64,000 nt of DNA, from assembly GCA_964016885.1 (NCBI GenBank), contig OZ024742.1, positions 210,552,001-210,616,000 of the forward strand, read 5' to 3'. The DNA comes from Eledone cirrhosa. Its lineage: Eukaryota. Shown here one piece after another: positions 27,101 to 39,559 of this stretch; the first letter of the stretch is position 1, and each line of letters opens with the position of its first letter. Made by a program: the position numbers and the translations under genes. The notes below the pieces were generated by a model that was given only the letters and a program-made list of their open reading frames with translations, ran no database searches and was not told where the DNA came from.

Positions 27101-30100
27101 TGTATCACTGAGCTCAAGATGAAATAATTAAGTTAAGAATTGGTTTTTTTCTTCTACTTCAGTAATCATTGTATTACCCTTTGAACCACTTGGCTTGATG
27201 GAAGACAGGTTTCACACAACATTGCTGTATGAATCTCAAGAACACTGATTTCATCTTGATAACAAGTTGACAATCTTCATAGATAATCTTCATCATAATT
27301 TAATGTCCGTTTCCCATACTAGCAATGGTTGAACAAGTTGTCACAAACCAAGTCAGTACTTAAGTGGAACAACTGGCCTTTCAGATGGACTGGGAGCCTG
27401 CACCTTGCTTACATATGCTCTTACACTCTACCGATTGCTCAAATGAGCCTTGACTGAACCCCTAGAGCCTTAATACCATTAATTATTAGGTAGCTGTAGA
27501 TTGATTTGGAAAGACTTGGCCAGAAAAGAGTTCCAGAAGAATAAAGTTCTAAAAATGAATTTAGCCAATATAGTTGACACAATACTAAGAAAAAGGCTAT
27601 AGAAAAGGCCTTTGACAGAGTAGCTCAATCTGTTATCTGGTGGTCCTTATTAGCAGCAGAGGAGGATGTTTTCAGAGCATAATAGCTAGAATAAGGATAA
27701 GATGGAAGAAGTTTAGAGAGCAAGAAGGTAAATATATATAAGAAGCAACTAAAACGTTGGCACTATAAAGGGCATTTGGCTTTCAAAAGGACCTATGTCA
27801 TGGGGAAAATGGCCTTTCTAGTGCAGCATCACTCCACTTGTTGTGATCCTTCGTCATTGCCTTTATGAATGAACTTCAATGATTTGAGATTAGTTCTCAC
27901 AACCGTTCTCTTGGTCTTCCTTGGTTTCTCTCTACTGCATCTTACTTCCACTGGGATTTCTAGGAACTTCACCCAACATTCACATGTCCATACCAGCACA
28001 GTCTTTTCTCCTGTACACTACATCTAGAAATTGATAGTGGCAGGTTATCTCTATGAAGGAAAGGTAAGGGTAACATTGCAGTCAACATTTGGGAGTTAGG
28101 GGTGAACTTCTCAAGTGGGGCGCAACTCTTGATATTCTGTTGACTCCATATCTGCTGGATAGACTTGACTTAAATATATTGCAGAGAAATATTCTGATTG
28201 CAAGCCTAAAATTATGCATGGTATTTTAATTATAAATATGAAAACAATCTTACTATTAATAACGAATTAAGTCTCTTTTGGATTTGTGACTGGTATATTG
28301 CATCACATTTTGTAAGTTATGCTTTTGCCACCTATGAGTTGGTGGTAGTGAACCCTTTAAATCCATAAAGACTGATCAAAATTGTCAATTGTGTTCATTT
28401 TTGTGGAAGACATTGCATATACCAAAGTGTTGCTTTCCTGTTCAGCATAATGTTCATTCTAAAGATATATGTCATCTATTGGAAAGACTGCCTTGGTTTA
28501 ACTAAATAAACTGCTACTGATATTGTACATTCTCATGAAAACAACAGGCTGAACAATTACTGTGGGGCTGTCGTGAGATAGAGGGGGTGGACAGAGTGCC
28601 ACGTCACGTCTTGGACATCAGTAGAGTCGTTGTGGTGACGGACTCTGAGGAAGAGGAAAACGAAAGTGCCGCCCCAACAGTGCGGAGATCGCAACAGAGC
28701 CGCCGTCAACCTAGGTGGATGGCGGATTTTGAGATGGAGCAGTGTGATGGGGGGATTGATCCTTGAGGGGCTGCCGTGAGATAGAGGGGGGGGATGTAGA
28801 GCTGCCGTGGGAGGGGGATTGCCGTAAGTTGTGGGACGCCTGACCAGAAGCAGGAGGACGGGGGCGACTCGAGGGATCAGGCTATGAACAGCCCTCTCTT
28901 AGCTGTTGGCTCTGCAAGGAGATGGGTACGTGAAGACAGATGCTAGTGGAAGTACCCCACGTGGATGGTGGAACCAGCGATAGAGAGATGCAAGGTAAGT
29001 CCAAATGCCTCCGGCTACAAGCTCTTTCGGCGTTTAATGACTTTTCCCATCTTTCGGCATTCTTACTCCTGGCACGGCAGCCTCTCTTTTTTAAAAAAAA
29101 ATTTTTTTGGGGGTTGTTCCTTTTTGTGGAGTATCGCTGTTGACTTTTTCCGATCTCGCAGGGGAGATGGTGGCGAAACTGAGATTGAATAGCGAGGCGA
29201 TCAAGGCTTTTTATGGCGAGGGAGATGTGACCTGAAAGGTCACATTGGTTGCCTCGCTGCAAGGCATTGGCAACGTTGCTGGTTTGATCGCTCTATATCT
29301 CGATGGCGATGCACTAGCATTGTAGCTCGAGATGGACGAAAGAGACCAACTGAAGGCGGAGAAGATAGGGTAGCGACTAAAGGAAGCGTTCACCGAGGGG
29401 CTGTACGTTGCTTTTGCCAAGCTAGGCAGAGCGAGATGGAAGGGAGACCATGTGGACGTGTTCGTGACGGAGTTATGGCGGTTGGCTGGATTTGCGGTAG
29501 AATGCGAATGTGCCGTGCAGTTGGCCTTTATGAACGGGTTCCCCGACGAAATCTCCGTGAAGCTCCAACAGCTGCCTGGCAACAGAGATGAACATGAACG
29601 AGCTCATCGCACAGGCCCGCGTAATAACACAGGACACGAGATTGAGTGTTGCAGCGACGGAAGCCCATGGCAGTCGACAGCAACTGACGTATGACGAAAG
29701 GATAGTAGTCTGCATGTGTTCGGAGGCCGGTGCTTCAGGTGCCAGGTCCCGCACATGGCAAGGGACTGTAGAGAACCAAAGCCAGTCTGCTATCGCTGCA
29801 AGAGACCAGGCCACATTGCTAATAATTACGACCAGGGAAATGGTCTAAGGGAGACTACTGCATCGGTAGCCACCCTGGAAGCGAGTAGAGGCGTCTTTGC
29901 AGTCGGTGCCCGTAGTGGAAGTTCTGGTGTGTGTGGGGGGGGGTAGCCATCGCGAGCACTCGTGGACATAGGTTGCATGACAACACTCGTGACCACGGAG
30001 GTGATTAAAAAGTGGAGCGGGATGACCAATATAAGGGCAGTCGATGGCAGGGAGATTAGATGCAGAGGTAGCAGCGAGGTGTTGATGGTGGTACTGGGAA

Positions 30101-33100
30101 GAAACCTTCGGCTTCTCGCGATCGTGATTGACCAGGTGGACGGAATCGATGTAGTAATAGGCATGGACGCAATTGGCTGCCCTGGAGGTATTACAGTGAG
30201 TGAAGTCGGAGTGACGTTTGGTAGTGAGAGGACATCATATGCTGTGAGTGTGCTGGGGGAATCCATGAAGAAAATACCATACAGGACAAGGATTTCAGGG
30301 CAGTGATGAGTAGTTGAGTGGTACTGGAAGGGAGATCCACCAACGCTGAAGGATAGTGGGCTGCTATCAGCATACCCTGAAAGGAAATGCCAGAAGCGAG
30401 TTTGAGGGTGAGGTACAGAGATGGACTGAGGAGGGTGTACTGCTTACTTGGAAGGAGGATGTGAAGTGTGGAGTGTTGCCACTAATGGCAGTGGTGCAGC
30501 CCACGAAGAACAAGGTTAGGCCTGTGTTGGACTTTCGTGAGCTGAACGAACACGTGTCATGCCACACAGGTGGTGAGGTCACGGTTGTTTGCGGGAGGAA
30601 AAATGACGGGAGCCTGCACGAGTGTCGATTTAAAGTCGGCAGTTACATGTGGATGAGAAGCTGTGGAAATATCAGCTGGTCAGGTATAAGGGCCAGACAT
30701 ACTGCCTGACCAGGCTTGGCTTCGGGTTGAACTCTACACCAAAGATCATGGTGATAGTCCTCAAGGTCATTCTGGGGAAAGCAGACAAAGTGAAGAGGGC
30801 CACCAACTCCTACATCGACGACATCTTGGTGGACGAGACGGTGGTGTCAGCAGCAGAGGTCTCAGGCCACTTGGGAAGGTTCGGGCTGACCGTGAAACCA
30901 CCGGAGGCGATGGAAAGAGTGACGCTAGGTCTCAAGCTGCAAAGCGATAAGGCGGGCACACTGGTGTTTCGGAGGGGTAATGAAGTCCTGGAACTGGGCC
31001 CCGATATGAATAAATGGGAACTCTTCTCAATGTGTGGTAAATTGGTGGGCCACTATCCGATCGCAGGGTTGCTCCGGACGGCACACAGCTATGTCAAGAG
31101 ACACGCAGACGAAGTGAGCTGGGGTGACAGGGTTGGAGAGAGGACAGTGGCCATGATGCAAGAAATCGTGGAGAGAGTAAAGGTGGATGACCCAGTGAGA
31201 GGACGCTGGTACATCCCCAAATCGGAGAGTGGGACCGTATGGTGTGATGCCAGCAGCATAGCACTAGGGGTCACTCTGGAGATAAGGGGCATTGAGGTCA
31301 AGGACGCAGCCTGGCTCAGGAAGGAGGACTGCAACCACATCGTGGCCGAACTGGATGCTGTGCTGAGAGGAGTGAATCTTGGCCTGAAATGGGGTTGTGC
31401 ACTATAGAAATTCGCATTGACTCGGCCACTGTACTCGGATAGGTGAAATCAGTGCTTACCAGTGAGAAGAGGGTGCGAACGAGATGGGCAGCAGAAATGT
31501 TGATAAAGCGCCGCCTGGGAACTCTGGGTGAGCTGTCCACCGAGTTCAGTCTAGAGTTAAGTGTAGTTTTTGTACCCTCAGAGAAAAACGGGGCAGACGT
31601 ATTAACCAGGGTGAAAAAAGCCTGGTTGGAAATGCCAGGGGACGCAGAGAAGGTGATATTGGCAATGTCGGCTGAGTCATTCCGATTTGAGGGGACTGTA
31701 CGCCATGCACCACATGGGAGTGGATAGGACCCTGTTCCTAGCCAGAAGAATTGACTCTGATGTTAGCAGACAATGTCCAGAGAGTCTATCGACCCTGCCC
31801 CGAGTGTACACGAGACAGGAAGCATCCCGGTGGAACACAACTGGAAGTGATTAGCGGTGGATGTGACACACTACCAACAAAGAACGTATCTTTTGATGGT
31901 CGATTGTGGGCCGGGACGGATGGCGATATGGAGGGAAATGAAGACTGGGACTGCGGAGGAAATCGTGCGGACGCTGAGAGAAATATTCTTGGAGCAGGGC
32001 CCTGTAGATGAACTGCTGATGGACAACAGCACGGGTTTTCGCTCGGAGGTGCTGAGGGATATGCTTGACAAATGGCAGGTGAACCGCTTCTTCAGAGCGG
32101 CATACAGACTGAGCGGAAATGGGATTGTGGAGAGACACCAACGCACGATCAAGGCCATGGCGGAAAGGGGGCACATTTCATCAATGGTGACAGTGTTTTG
32201 GTACAACATGTCTCCTTGGGTGGGACAGGCCGAGGAGTCAGTGCCACACAGGGCAATATACAGATATAAATGGCGACACCCGTACACGGTACCACAGCAG
32301 CCAGTGGAGAGAGAGAGCGCATTCGTACGAGTGGGTGAAGAGGTATGGGTCAAGCCCCCGAACGCGCGTTGCACATCTCAATGGGGAAAGGGAATGGTAA
32401 CCGCCATAAATTCCCAAAACAACGTGTCTGTGGACGGAATGCCACGTCACGTCTTGGACATCCGTAGAGACGTGGTGACGGACTCCGAGGAAGAGGAAAA
32501 CGAAAGTGCTGCCCCAACAGTGCGGAGATCGCAACAGAGCTGCCGTCAACCTAGGTGGATCGCAGATTTTGAGATGGAGCAGTGTGATGGGGGGATTGAT
32601 CCTTGAGATCAGGAGGCCCATGTGATGCTGCTGTTAGATAGAGGGGGGTGCAGAGCTACCGTGCCTGAATTTGGGGGACGCCTGACCGAAAGCAGGAGGA
32701 CGGGGGCGACTTGAGGGATCAGGCCATAAACAGCCCTCTCTTAGCTGTTGGCTCTGCAAGGAGACGGGTGTGTGAAGACAGACGCTAGTGGAAGTACCCC
32801 ACGTGGATGGTGGAACCAGCGATAGAGAGATGCAAGGTATGTCCGAATGCCTCTGGCTACAATTACAACAGGCCCCCAACAAAAATAGGTTGTATGTATT
32901 TTAACATTTTATTTAAAATAAAGTTGAGAACTTTTTTTACTCTGATTATAATTTTACAGTTGTACTTTAAGCAAGTTGACTACTAGGATCAGTTGAATCT
33001 ACTATACAAATTTGTTCTTGAACCAATGCTAGAAATCAATTATTTTAAATTTGGAGTTTGCAAAAAAATGACCATGAAACATTTGTTCTGTAAGTCCAGT

Positions 33101-36100
33101 TTGTAAGAATAGTAAAAAATGTCTGAGACATAGGATTTAACTTTATTCAGCTATTGATATTTAAATCAGAATGATCTTGCCTTCTTTCTTGGTTAGGAAA
33201 AGTTCCATACTTTATGGGGAGAATTCAAAGAATTAAAATATAAATTTTGATCGTTTAAAATTTACTTTCAATAAAAATAAATTTCTTTGTTTCAGATAAA
33301 GCCCAAAACATTTGGCAATGATGGATTAATTTATAACATCAAAAGGCAATTCAGTAAATCTTCTGTTCTCACTAAAAATGTACGTGCTGCTCAGCCTAAA
33401 ATTTCACTCCGCCAAAACAAACAATTGACATATGAAGAATCTCAAGCTCCTTATTTAATTGGTGTAACAAAATCTTGGAACTCTTGGAATACATGTGAGT
33501 ACTTCAGTTATTTTTTTTATTTTTCTATATGTTGGCATATATTAGATTTAACTTCTAATCTGTACATATATTTTGCTAATCTATTATAAAAAAAAGTGAA
33601 ATTTACAGTTCACCTATGCAGGTTTTACTGGCCTCCTATCATGTTGCTTCTCATAGGTTTCTTGGGTATTTTAATGATAGAGGCCCTTGTCCTATCATGA
33701 AAAGCAATGCAAAATTAAGCATATTGCTCATGATCACAATGTATTTCCTGGTCAAAGAATTGAGCCCATGACCTTATGATTGTGAGTTCAACACTCTAAC
33801 GACAAAGCCACAAAATTAGCACTTACTTTTTAGTGGCTGTCAAAAGGGAACTTCAGTGTAACAATTCTGCAGAACCTTTTGGTAAATGTAAGAAACATGT
33901 TAAAGTTTGGAAATTTGGCAGATAGAAATTATGATTGTTCTTTAGATTTGTTAGGTTTTATTTAATATAAACATCAAGACTGGTTTTAAACCAACAATTC
34001 CACATATGTAATGACTTATGGAGACACATGGCTTAGTGGTTAGAGCATTGGCCTTGCAATCAAAAGGTTGTGAGTTCAATTCTCAGACTGGGTGATGTGT
34101 TGTTTCCTTGAGCAAGACACTTTATTTCACATTGCTCCAGTTTACTCAGCTGTAGAAATGAGATGATAGGGACTGGGGTCCATATCATTCCACTGCAAAG
34201 TGGTCGTGGGGGTGCCACGGCAAAAAAAACACCCAGCACACACTGTAAATGAGGTTGGCGTTAGGAAGGGCATCCAGCTGTAGAAATCAAGCCAGAATCA
34301 GTTCCCGTCCCACCCTTGCAAGCAGGGAAAAGCGGACATAAAATGATGATGTTAGACCATGTACACCACTTACAGGGATTGGCTTATAAGTAGGAGCTCA
34401 TGACAGAAAGTCTGAACTACAGGAAACAATTAACATTTCTAACATGAGATAGTTTCATACCAATTTGTAGCTTAAATATGAATAAGATTTGGGTATATAA
34501 CCACTCTACTGGCTGAAAGAGTATTCTGAAATATTAGATTTAAGTACTTCAATGGAATTTTGAACAGACTCCTGTTCGTCTTACATTTGTTGATCATTGA
34601 CAATAAAAAGCAGTGCTAGAACAATTGACTGGTTATCCAGCTAATGTTAACAGAAACTACCAAACTTGAAGTTCATCATTTATCTAAACAAAAATCCTTC
34701 TATCATAACTTTATAGAACTACAGACAGTAGTAGTCTTAAAAGTCAGCAATGAATGTGTGTGTGGTGTAGTAAATAAATATATATGCAAAGGAACCAAAC
34801 TGTCACCTGCTTCGTCTCTCCCCCAACTCTCACTATTATGAGAAAATTGGGGCTCATGTGTTGCAAAGCATGTGGTGAAAATAACAAACAATGAGGTGAT
34901 TAGTTGACCAGACATTCTAATATAGTTGTTTGAAAAATGTCATCACTTGTTTATTCTTCAGAAATTTAAAGATACCCCTATTATGCATCTCAATTGGTCC
35001 TTAAACAAAAAGAGATAGGGTTTATTCAGAGTGCTCAGTCTGGATTGCATCATTTGTACTATCAATTACTATATGTTGAGCAAGACTACATAACAACAAC
35101 AACAACATCAAAGTTTCTTCCTCTCCATTCAAAAGGCAGGCCATATGAAACATGTGTAAGAAGGATGATGAAGGATTAGAATGAAGAGAAAGTTAGCAGA
35201 GGCAGGAATGGAGAAAAAAAATCTAGTATGATTCATTGAGTGTACAACATAATTTGCCTGAAAATCATAGCATAAGTGTGGCTAAAAAAGCAGCTTAGTA
35301 GTAAAGGCATAAGTTGAAGTAAAACGAGAGATGACTGCATTGATATGAATGTGATGTGAATAGATTATGAGAGCTGGGTCAGATGGCCGTGTCTTGCTCA
35401 TACAGAACTGTTTCTGTTTCTGGCTTGGTTTCTACAGCTAGATGCCCTTCCTAACGTCAACCACATTTACAATGTGTGCTAGGTGCTTTTTTCGTGACTC
35501 CTACACAACCACTTTACAGTGTGAGTTGGGTGCTTTTGTTGCAACACCTACATGACCACTTTACAGTGTGGGTTGGGTACTTTTTGTTGTGATACCAACA
35601 CAACTTTACAGTGTAAGGGAGGTGTATGGAAGGGGGTAAAGTGATTAAGAGGTGCTTACTAGGTGTATGTTTCAGTTCATGCACATGGGAAGGTGGGTCT
35701 TCTGTATTACTGCATAATGCCAAAGTTCTCGATCCTGTGTCATTGTTTTTGAGAGGTGTATATATATGAAATTCTTTAGAAAATATAGGAATCCAAAAAA
35801 TAAATGTAAAACAGTCAGTTGCTATAAATAATAGCTTAGAAAATCAGGTAAAATACCCCTATAGATGGAAAAAAGTGGCCAGGGATTCCCACATTTTCTA
35901 AAGAATATCAAATTATCCAGCACTCATATTTTCTAAGGAATAGTCTGGATAGAAGATTGTGTGCGCATGTGTGCTTTGTATATGTATGTATATATCTGGT
36001 TTTCTTTTATTCATGCCAGTTTCTGCGAGATGTGGTGTGCTAGAACTTAATTTTTAATGTATTGTCTTAAATATGTATTTATCTCAGCTACTTTAGCTAT

Positions 36101-36460
36101 TATAATATTAAAGTTTATTTTACAAAATTCTAATATTGAACTCAACATTTTTGTTTTTCTTCTCTTTTAGCCACTCTCCATGAAGAGGGAAGAGCGTCTG
36201 AAACCACAACAGATGATATGTTAATTCGGCGATTTATGCATGGTACATGGCCTCAGTTACTTATGTCAGAAGTCATAATAAAGAGGCGCCATAATTTAAT
36301 TGTCATTGCAGCATTAATTTCTCAAAGACTCTTACCACAGAAAATATATTTTTTGCAAGGCTACACTGAAGAAATGCTTAGTTACATCTTGAAATGCCCC
36401 ATCAAACTTGAAATACAGACAGTTAAAGATAAATCAGATGTAATATTCAAATATATATAA
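24112..36460 (+). CDS. MRPS24: Mitochondrial small ribosomal subunit protein S24 (uS3m), 174 aa, 3 coding exons
   Basis: Exons 24112-24147, 33296-33494 and 36171-36460, GT-AG, phases 0 and 1 consistent (525 nt). LTYEESQAPYLIGVTKSWNSWNT...DDMLIRRFMHGTW...IIKRRHN...KIYFLQGYTEEMLSYILKCPIKLEIQTV...VIFKYI* matches MRPS24 motifs. Confidence 0.92.
25017..25125 (+). mobile_element. CORE-like tRNA SINE fragment (related copies about 10925-11042 -, 33700-33810 -, 39250-39443 -)
   Basis: GGCTAATGGTTAGAG A-box, GAGTTCGATT B-box, TGAGCAAAACACTTCATTTCACATTGCT body. Confidence 0.65.
25230..26925 (-). mobile_element. Degraded CRE-clade LINE (RT end plus REL region) in MRPS24 intron 1
   Basis: WYLD-type RT motif followed by LGGPVESVAEDL..., plus HAALNNIIRRSL. 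Homologous to 46050-48990. Confidence 0.75.
28561..32861 (+). mobile_element. Ty3/Gypsy-type LTR retrotransposon, full-length but frameshifted, in MRPS24 intron 1
   Basis: TG...CA termini and 5-bp TSD ATTAC (28556-28560, 32862-32866). LTRs at about 28764-29019 and 32621-32861. Gag from ATG 29167 with CCHC knuckles (CYRCKRPGH), protease, RT (VLDFRELN, YIDD), RNase H (CDAS) and integrase (D..D..E) in PR-RT-RH-IN order. Confidence 0.93.
33296..33494 (+). CDS. MRPS24: MRPS24 coding exon 2
   Basis: tttcag|ATA AAG CCC...TGG AAT ACA T|gtgagt. Confidence 0.92.
34021..34351 (+). mobile_element. Complete composite SINE: tRNA head, CORE-like domain and RTE-derived 3' tail
   Basis: TGGCTTAGTGGTTAGAG and GAGTTCAATTCTC boxes, then CCTTGAGCAAGACACTT..., then a 3' part matching the RTE 3' ends at 41470-41620 and 12367-12420. 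(GAT)n tail. Confidence 0.8.
35375..35620 (-). mobile_element. RTE-3'UTR-derived element with roughly 47-bp tandem units
   Basis: At least 3 copies of TTTACAGTGTG.GTTGGGT.CTTTT...CCAC. Confidence 0.7.
36171..36460 (+). CDS. MRPS24: MRPS24 coding exon 3
   Basis: cttttag|CC ACT CTC CAT...AAA TAT ATA TAA. Confidence 0.94.
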
Positions 36461-36595
36461 TTTGATATATACATATGTATGTGTTTGTCTTTTTATTTAA
36501 TTGATTGGACTGGAACTTATGTTTAACAAGTTTTAAGCAACTGTGAAACATTTCTGCTCTGGCCAGAATAACAGTTTATGGAAAAAATTGCTTAA

Positions 36596-36840
36596 CCCTT
36601 TATTATTTAAACTGGCCAGAATTCTCTCGTCTCTGTCTGTTCAAACCAGCCATAACTGGCCCCTCATACAACTTTAAGGTATTGTTCTCAAAATAAATAA
36701 TATAAAAATCTCATAGATTCGATATTATGTGAGATAATTATGTGAAGCAAAGCCTTTACCGTGAGAATATGAATATATATACAGAGTAGTCATCATCATC
36801 ATCATCACCGTTTTACATCTGTAGTGTAAATGCTAAAGGG
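36596..36840 (+). mobile_element. TTAA-flanked MITE in the MRPS24 3' region
   Basis: TTAA-CCCTTTA...TAAAGGG-TTAG. The empty TTAA site is seen in the duplicated copy at about 45967-45970. Confidence 0.8.
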
Positions 36841-36973
36841 TTAGAGTATTTCAGCTTAGTTTTGCATGCTAATGAAATATTTACCAATTGTGCAACGTAA
36901 TGGCAAACAGCACCTTATGGTACTTATTTAATAAGCTAGATAAACCAGAATATTTACATATATCCTCACTACA

Positions 36974-38330
36974 TCTATATATATAAAACTGAGGATGTCT
37001 GTCTGTGTGTGTGTGAGTTTTTGAATCCCTAAAACTCGAGAAGCACCCAACTGATTTTTCAAACTTTACACATGTATTACTTATGTTTCAGGGAGTGTTC
37101 TGAGCAAAATAAAATTCAAATTTTCAATGCCCTAGGGACCGCATTAGGCGATTTAGCGATCTCTCTCTATAATTCTTAGTCTTTCTCTTTTTAGATAGAT
37201 ACATACATATAACGTCGCGCCCTTATAATATCTGTCTGGCGCGTCAATGTATGGCTGTTAAATGGACCGCGAACGCATTCTGATTCATTCTAAAGGCTAC
37301 CAGTGGAAGCAACTGTAACACCCTCCTTCAAATGTCAGAGAACGCAGTCAAAGTCACTATTAAGGGCTACAAGTGAACGCTCACATGGCCCTTTTTAGGG
37401 CCCACCACTTGAAATTGTTGATGGTTACCACTCCTTACTGGGGTGTCAGTGAATGGCTTACATGGCCCTTTTAAGGGCCCTTGAAATAGCTGATGGCGAC
37501 CCTTTTGTTTAGGGCTGCCAGTGAACATGCACACGCCTTGGGGCCCATTTTATTGCACCATTCTTCTTTAAATTTGTTAAATTATACCCACAGTTTGGTA
37601 AACGTTTGTCCAGTTACGTTTACTTACTAAGGTGGGGTGGACTCCTTCGAGAAGGCTCCACATGCTGTCCGATTGCACGTCATGCCTTGCTTAAGCTTTG
37701 CAGACTTCCCTCTGACATAAGTGGTGACATCTGTCCTGCTGACTCAAGCCACTTTATGTACAAAAGCACCAAGCCGATGTTCTCCACGTGGAAGGAGAAG
37801 CAAACCTAATACTAATTGCATCAGAGTATTCGGTTTATTTTCTTTACATATTGTCCAGGCATGCAGTTTTCCCATGATTAGGTCTGTTGGCGGCCCGCGT
37901 TATGTTTCAGGGAGTGTTATGCACGTAAAAAATTCAACTTTTTGATCCCCTAGGGCCCGCATTAGGTAAAAAACTGCATTTTTTCAGCTTTTTAACTTTT
38001 TTTGAGGCGTTATGTCAGACCGATTTCCTTGAAATTGTAACTATGTATTAGTCAGTCTCTTCTTCATACCGTGAGCAAAGAAAATCCAACTGTTTTATGG
38101 CCTAGGGCCTGCATTAGGTGAAAAACTTCATTTTTTCAGCTTTTTAGGGCTTATTTTTCTTGGTGCACTACGGCCCGCATTAGGTGAAAACCTGCATTTT
38201 TCCTGCTTCATCGAGGAAAATCTTAAAGATTATCCAGACATCAGGGTATTCGGTTTATTTTCTTTACATAATGTCGAGGCATGCAGTTTTTCCACGATTA
38301 GGTCTGTTGGCGGCCCGCGTTCCAAAATAT
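36974..38330 (+). mobile_element. Helitron-like non-autonomous element with internal direct repeats
   Basis: Starts A|TCTATATATATAAAA followed by GTCT/GT repeats, exactly where homology with the duplicate arm ends. Has four CC(G/T)GCATTAGG-containing motifs and a roughly 75-bp block repeated at 37826-37900 and 38246-38320. The 3' CTAG end was not located. Confidence 0.55.
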
Positions 38331-39559
38331 TAAACATCAAATGGCATGAATATTCATTAAAATTTATTTGAATTGGTGAGAGTTTACATAACATGACAAC
38401 AGAAATTTTCTAGAATGTTCTCTCTATTCAGTGTTTTTATTTTTTTTTATTTTACAAAAATAGTTTAAAAAAGAAAATGAAAAATAAGCTGGTATTAACA
38501 TATACAAGGGAGATAACTTTAAAATGCATTGCACTTGAATTGTAGCTGCTGTTGCATAGTTGCAATATAGCTGTTTTATTTGAATACATTTTTATTTATT
38601 TATATTTTATTTGTTTTGTGTTAATGGCATTTAACTAATTTTAGAAATTAATTTGTCAAAAACGTTGGTTTTTGTTTTGACTTCTAGAAATACAGGTTTC
38701 AACATATGTCAATGCATTTCTGCCTAGCTGTTTTTCTCACTATTTCCAATATAAACAATGATATAAGAATATATCGATATTATAGAAGTGTGTCTCAAAT
38801 AAATTCACAGTTGTCCTTGGGAACTTTTATATGTTGATGACCTGGTTCTCAGGATAGAATCTGTTAACTAATTTCAGAAAAAGTTAGAAATCTGGAAGTA
38901 TGGTTTTGAGATCTAGAAGTTAGCTCAAAGACCAAAGTGATAATAGCAAAGATTGTGGGATTTGTAGCAGGCTGACAGATCCAAACCTTCAGATGAAATA
39001 GATGTATAGTAATAACAATAGAAACATCCATGAAATGTCCAGATGGTTCACTAAATGTAGTTGATTGTTACCGAGGTGATCTAATTAGTGTTGAAGGTAG
39101 ATATAGTGTTTTACTAATTGCTTGGGTAAGGGAGTTGTTGCCTCTGTTGTTGATAAATTATTTTTCTCTTTTTACTAAAGGCATACTGTATGAATCATAA
39201 AGTCTGTCTTAAGGCTTGTTAGGCTGGTTCTTAACCTGGTTAACATGGCGTTGAGTGACTAAGAGTGCAAAACTCTCCCCTGGACAGGACACTAGTCAAT
39301 CCCAGGGTTAAACCCCCAGCTATTGCTGGTACTCATTTTCAGCTGAGTATACTGGAGCAACGTGAACACATGCAACTCAGCCCAGGAATCAAACTCATGA
39401 CATTATGATTGTAAGTCCTTTACCACTAGGCCACGCACCTCCAAAAAATGAATCATAGGTTGTAATAAATAGGATGGTAGTGAGACTGCCATTGAATGTA
39501 GATTTACATCTGTTGATGTGTAATCTTAACCTGCTTGCAAGTCAGAGTACAAGTAAACT

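Noticed and set aside
34021-34095. tRNA gene (also the tRNA-like heads at 5378, 25017 and 51128)
   Set aside because: A and B boxes are present but there is no complete cloverleaf, and each continues into a SINE body.
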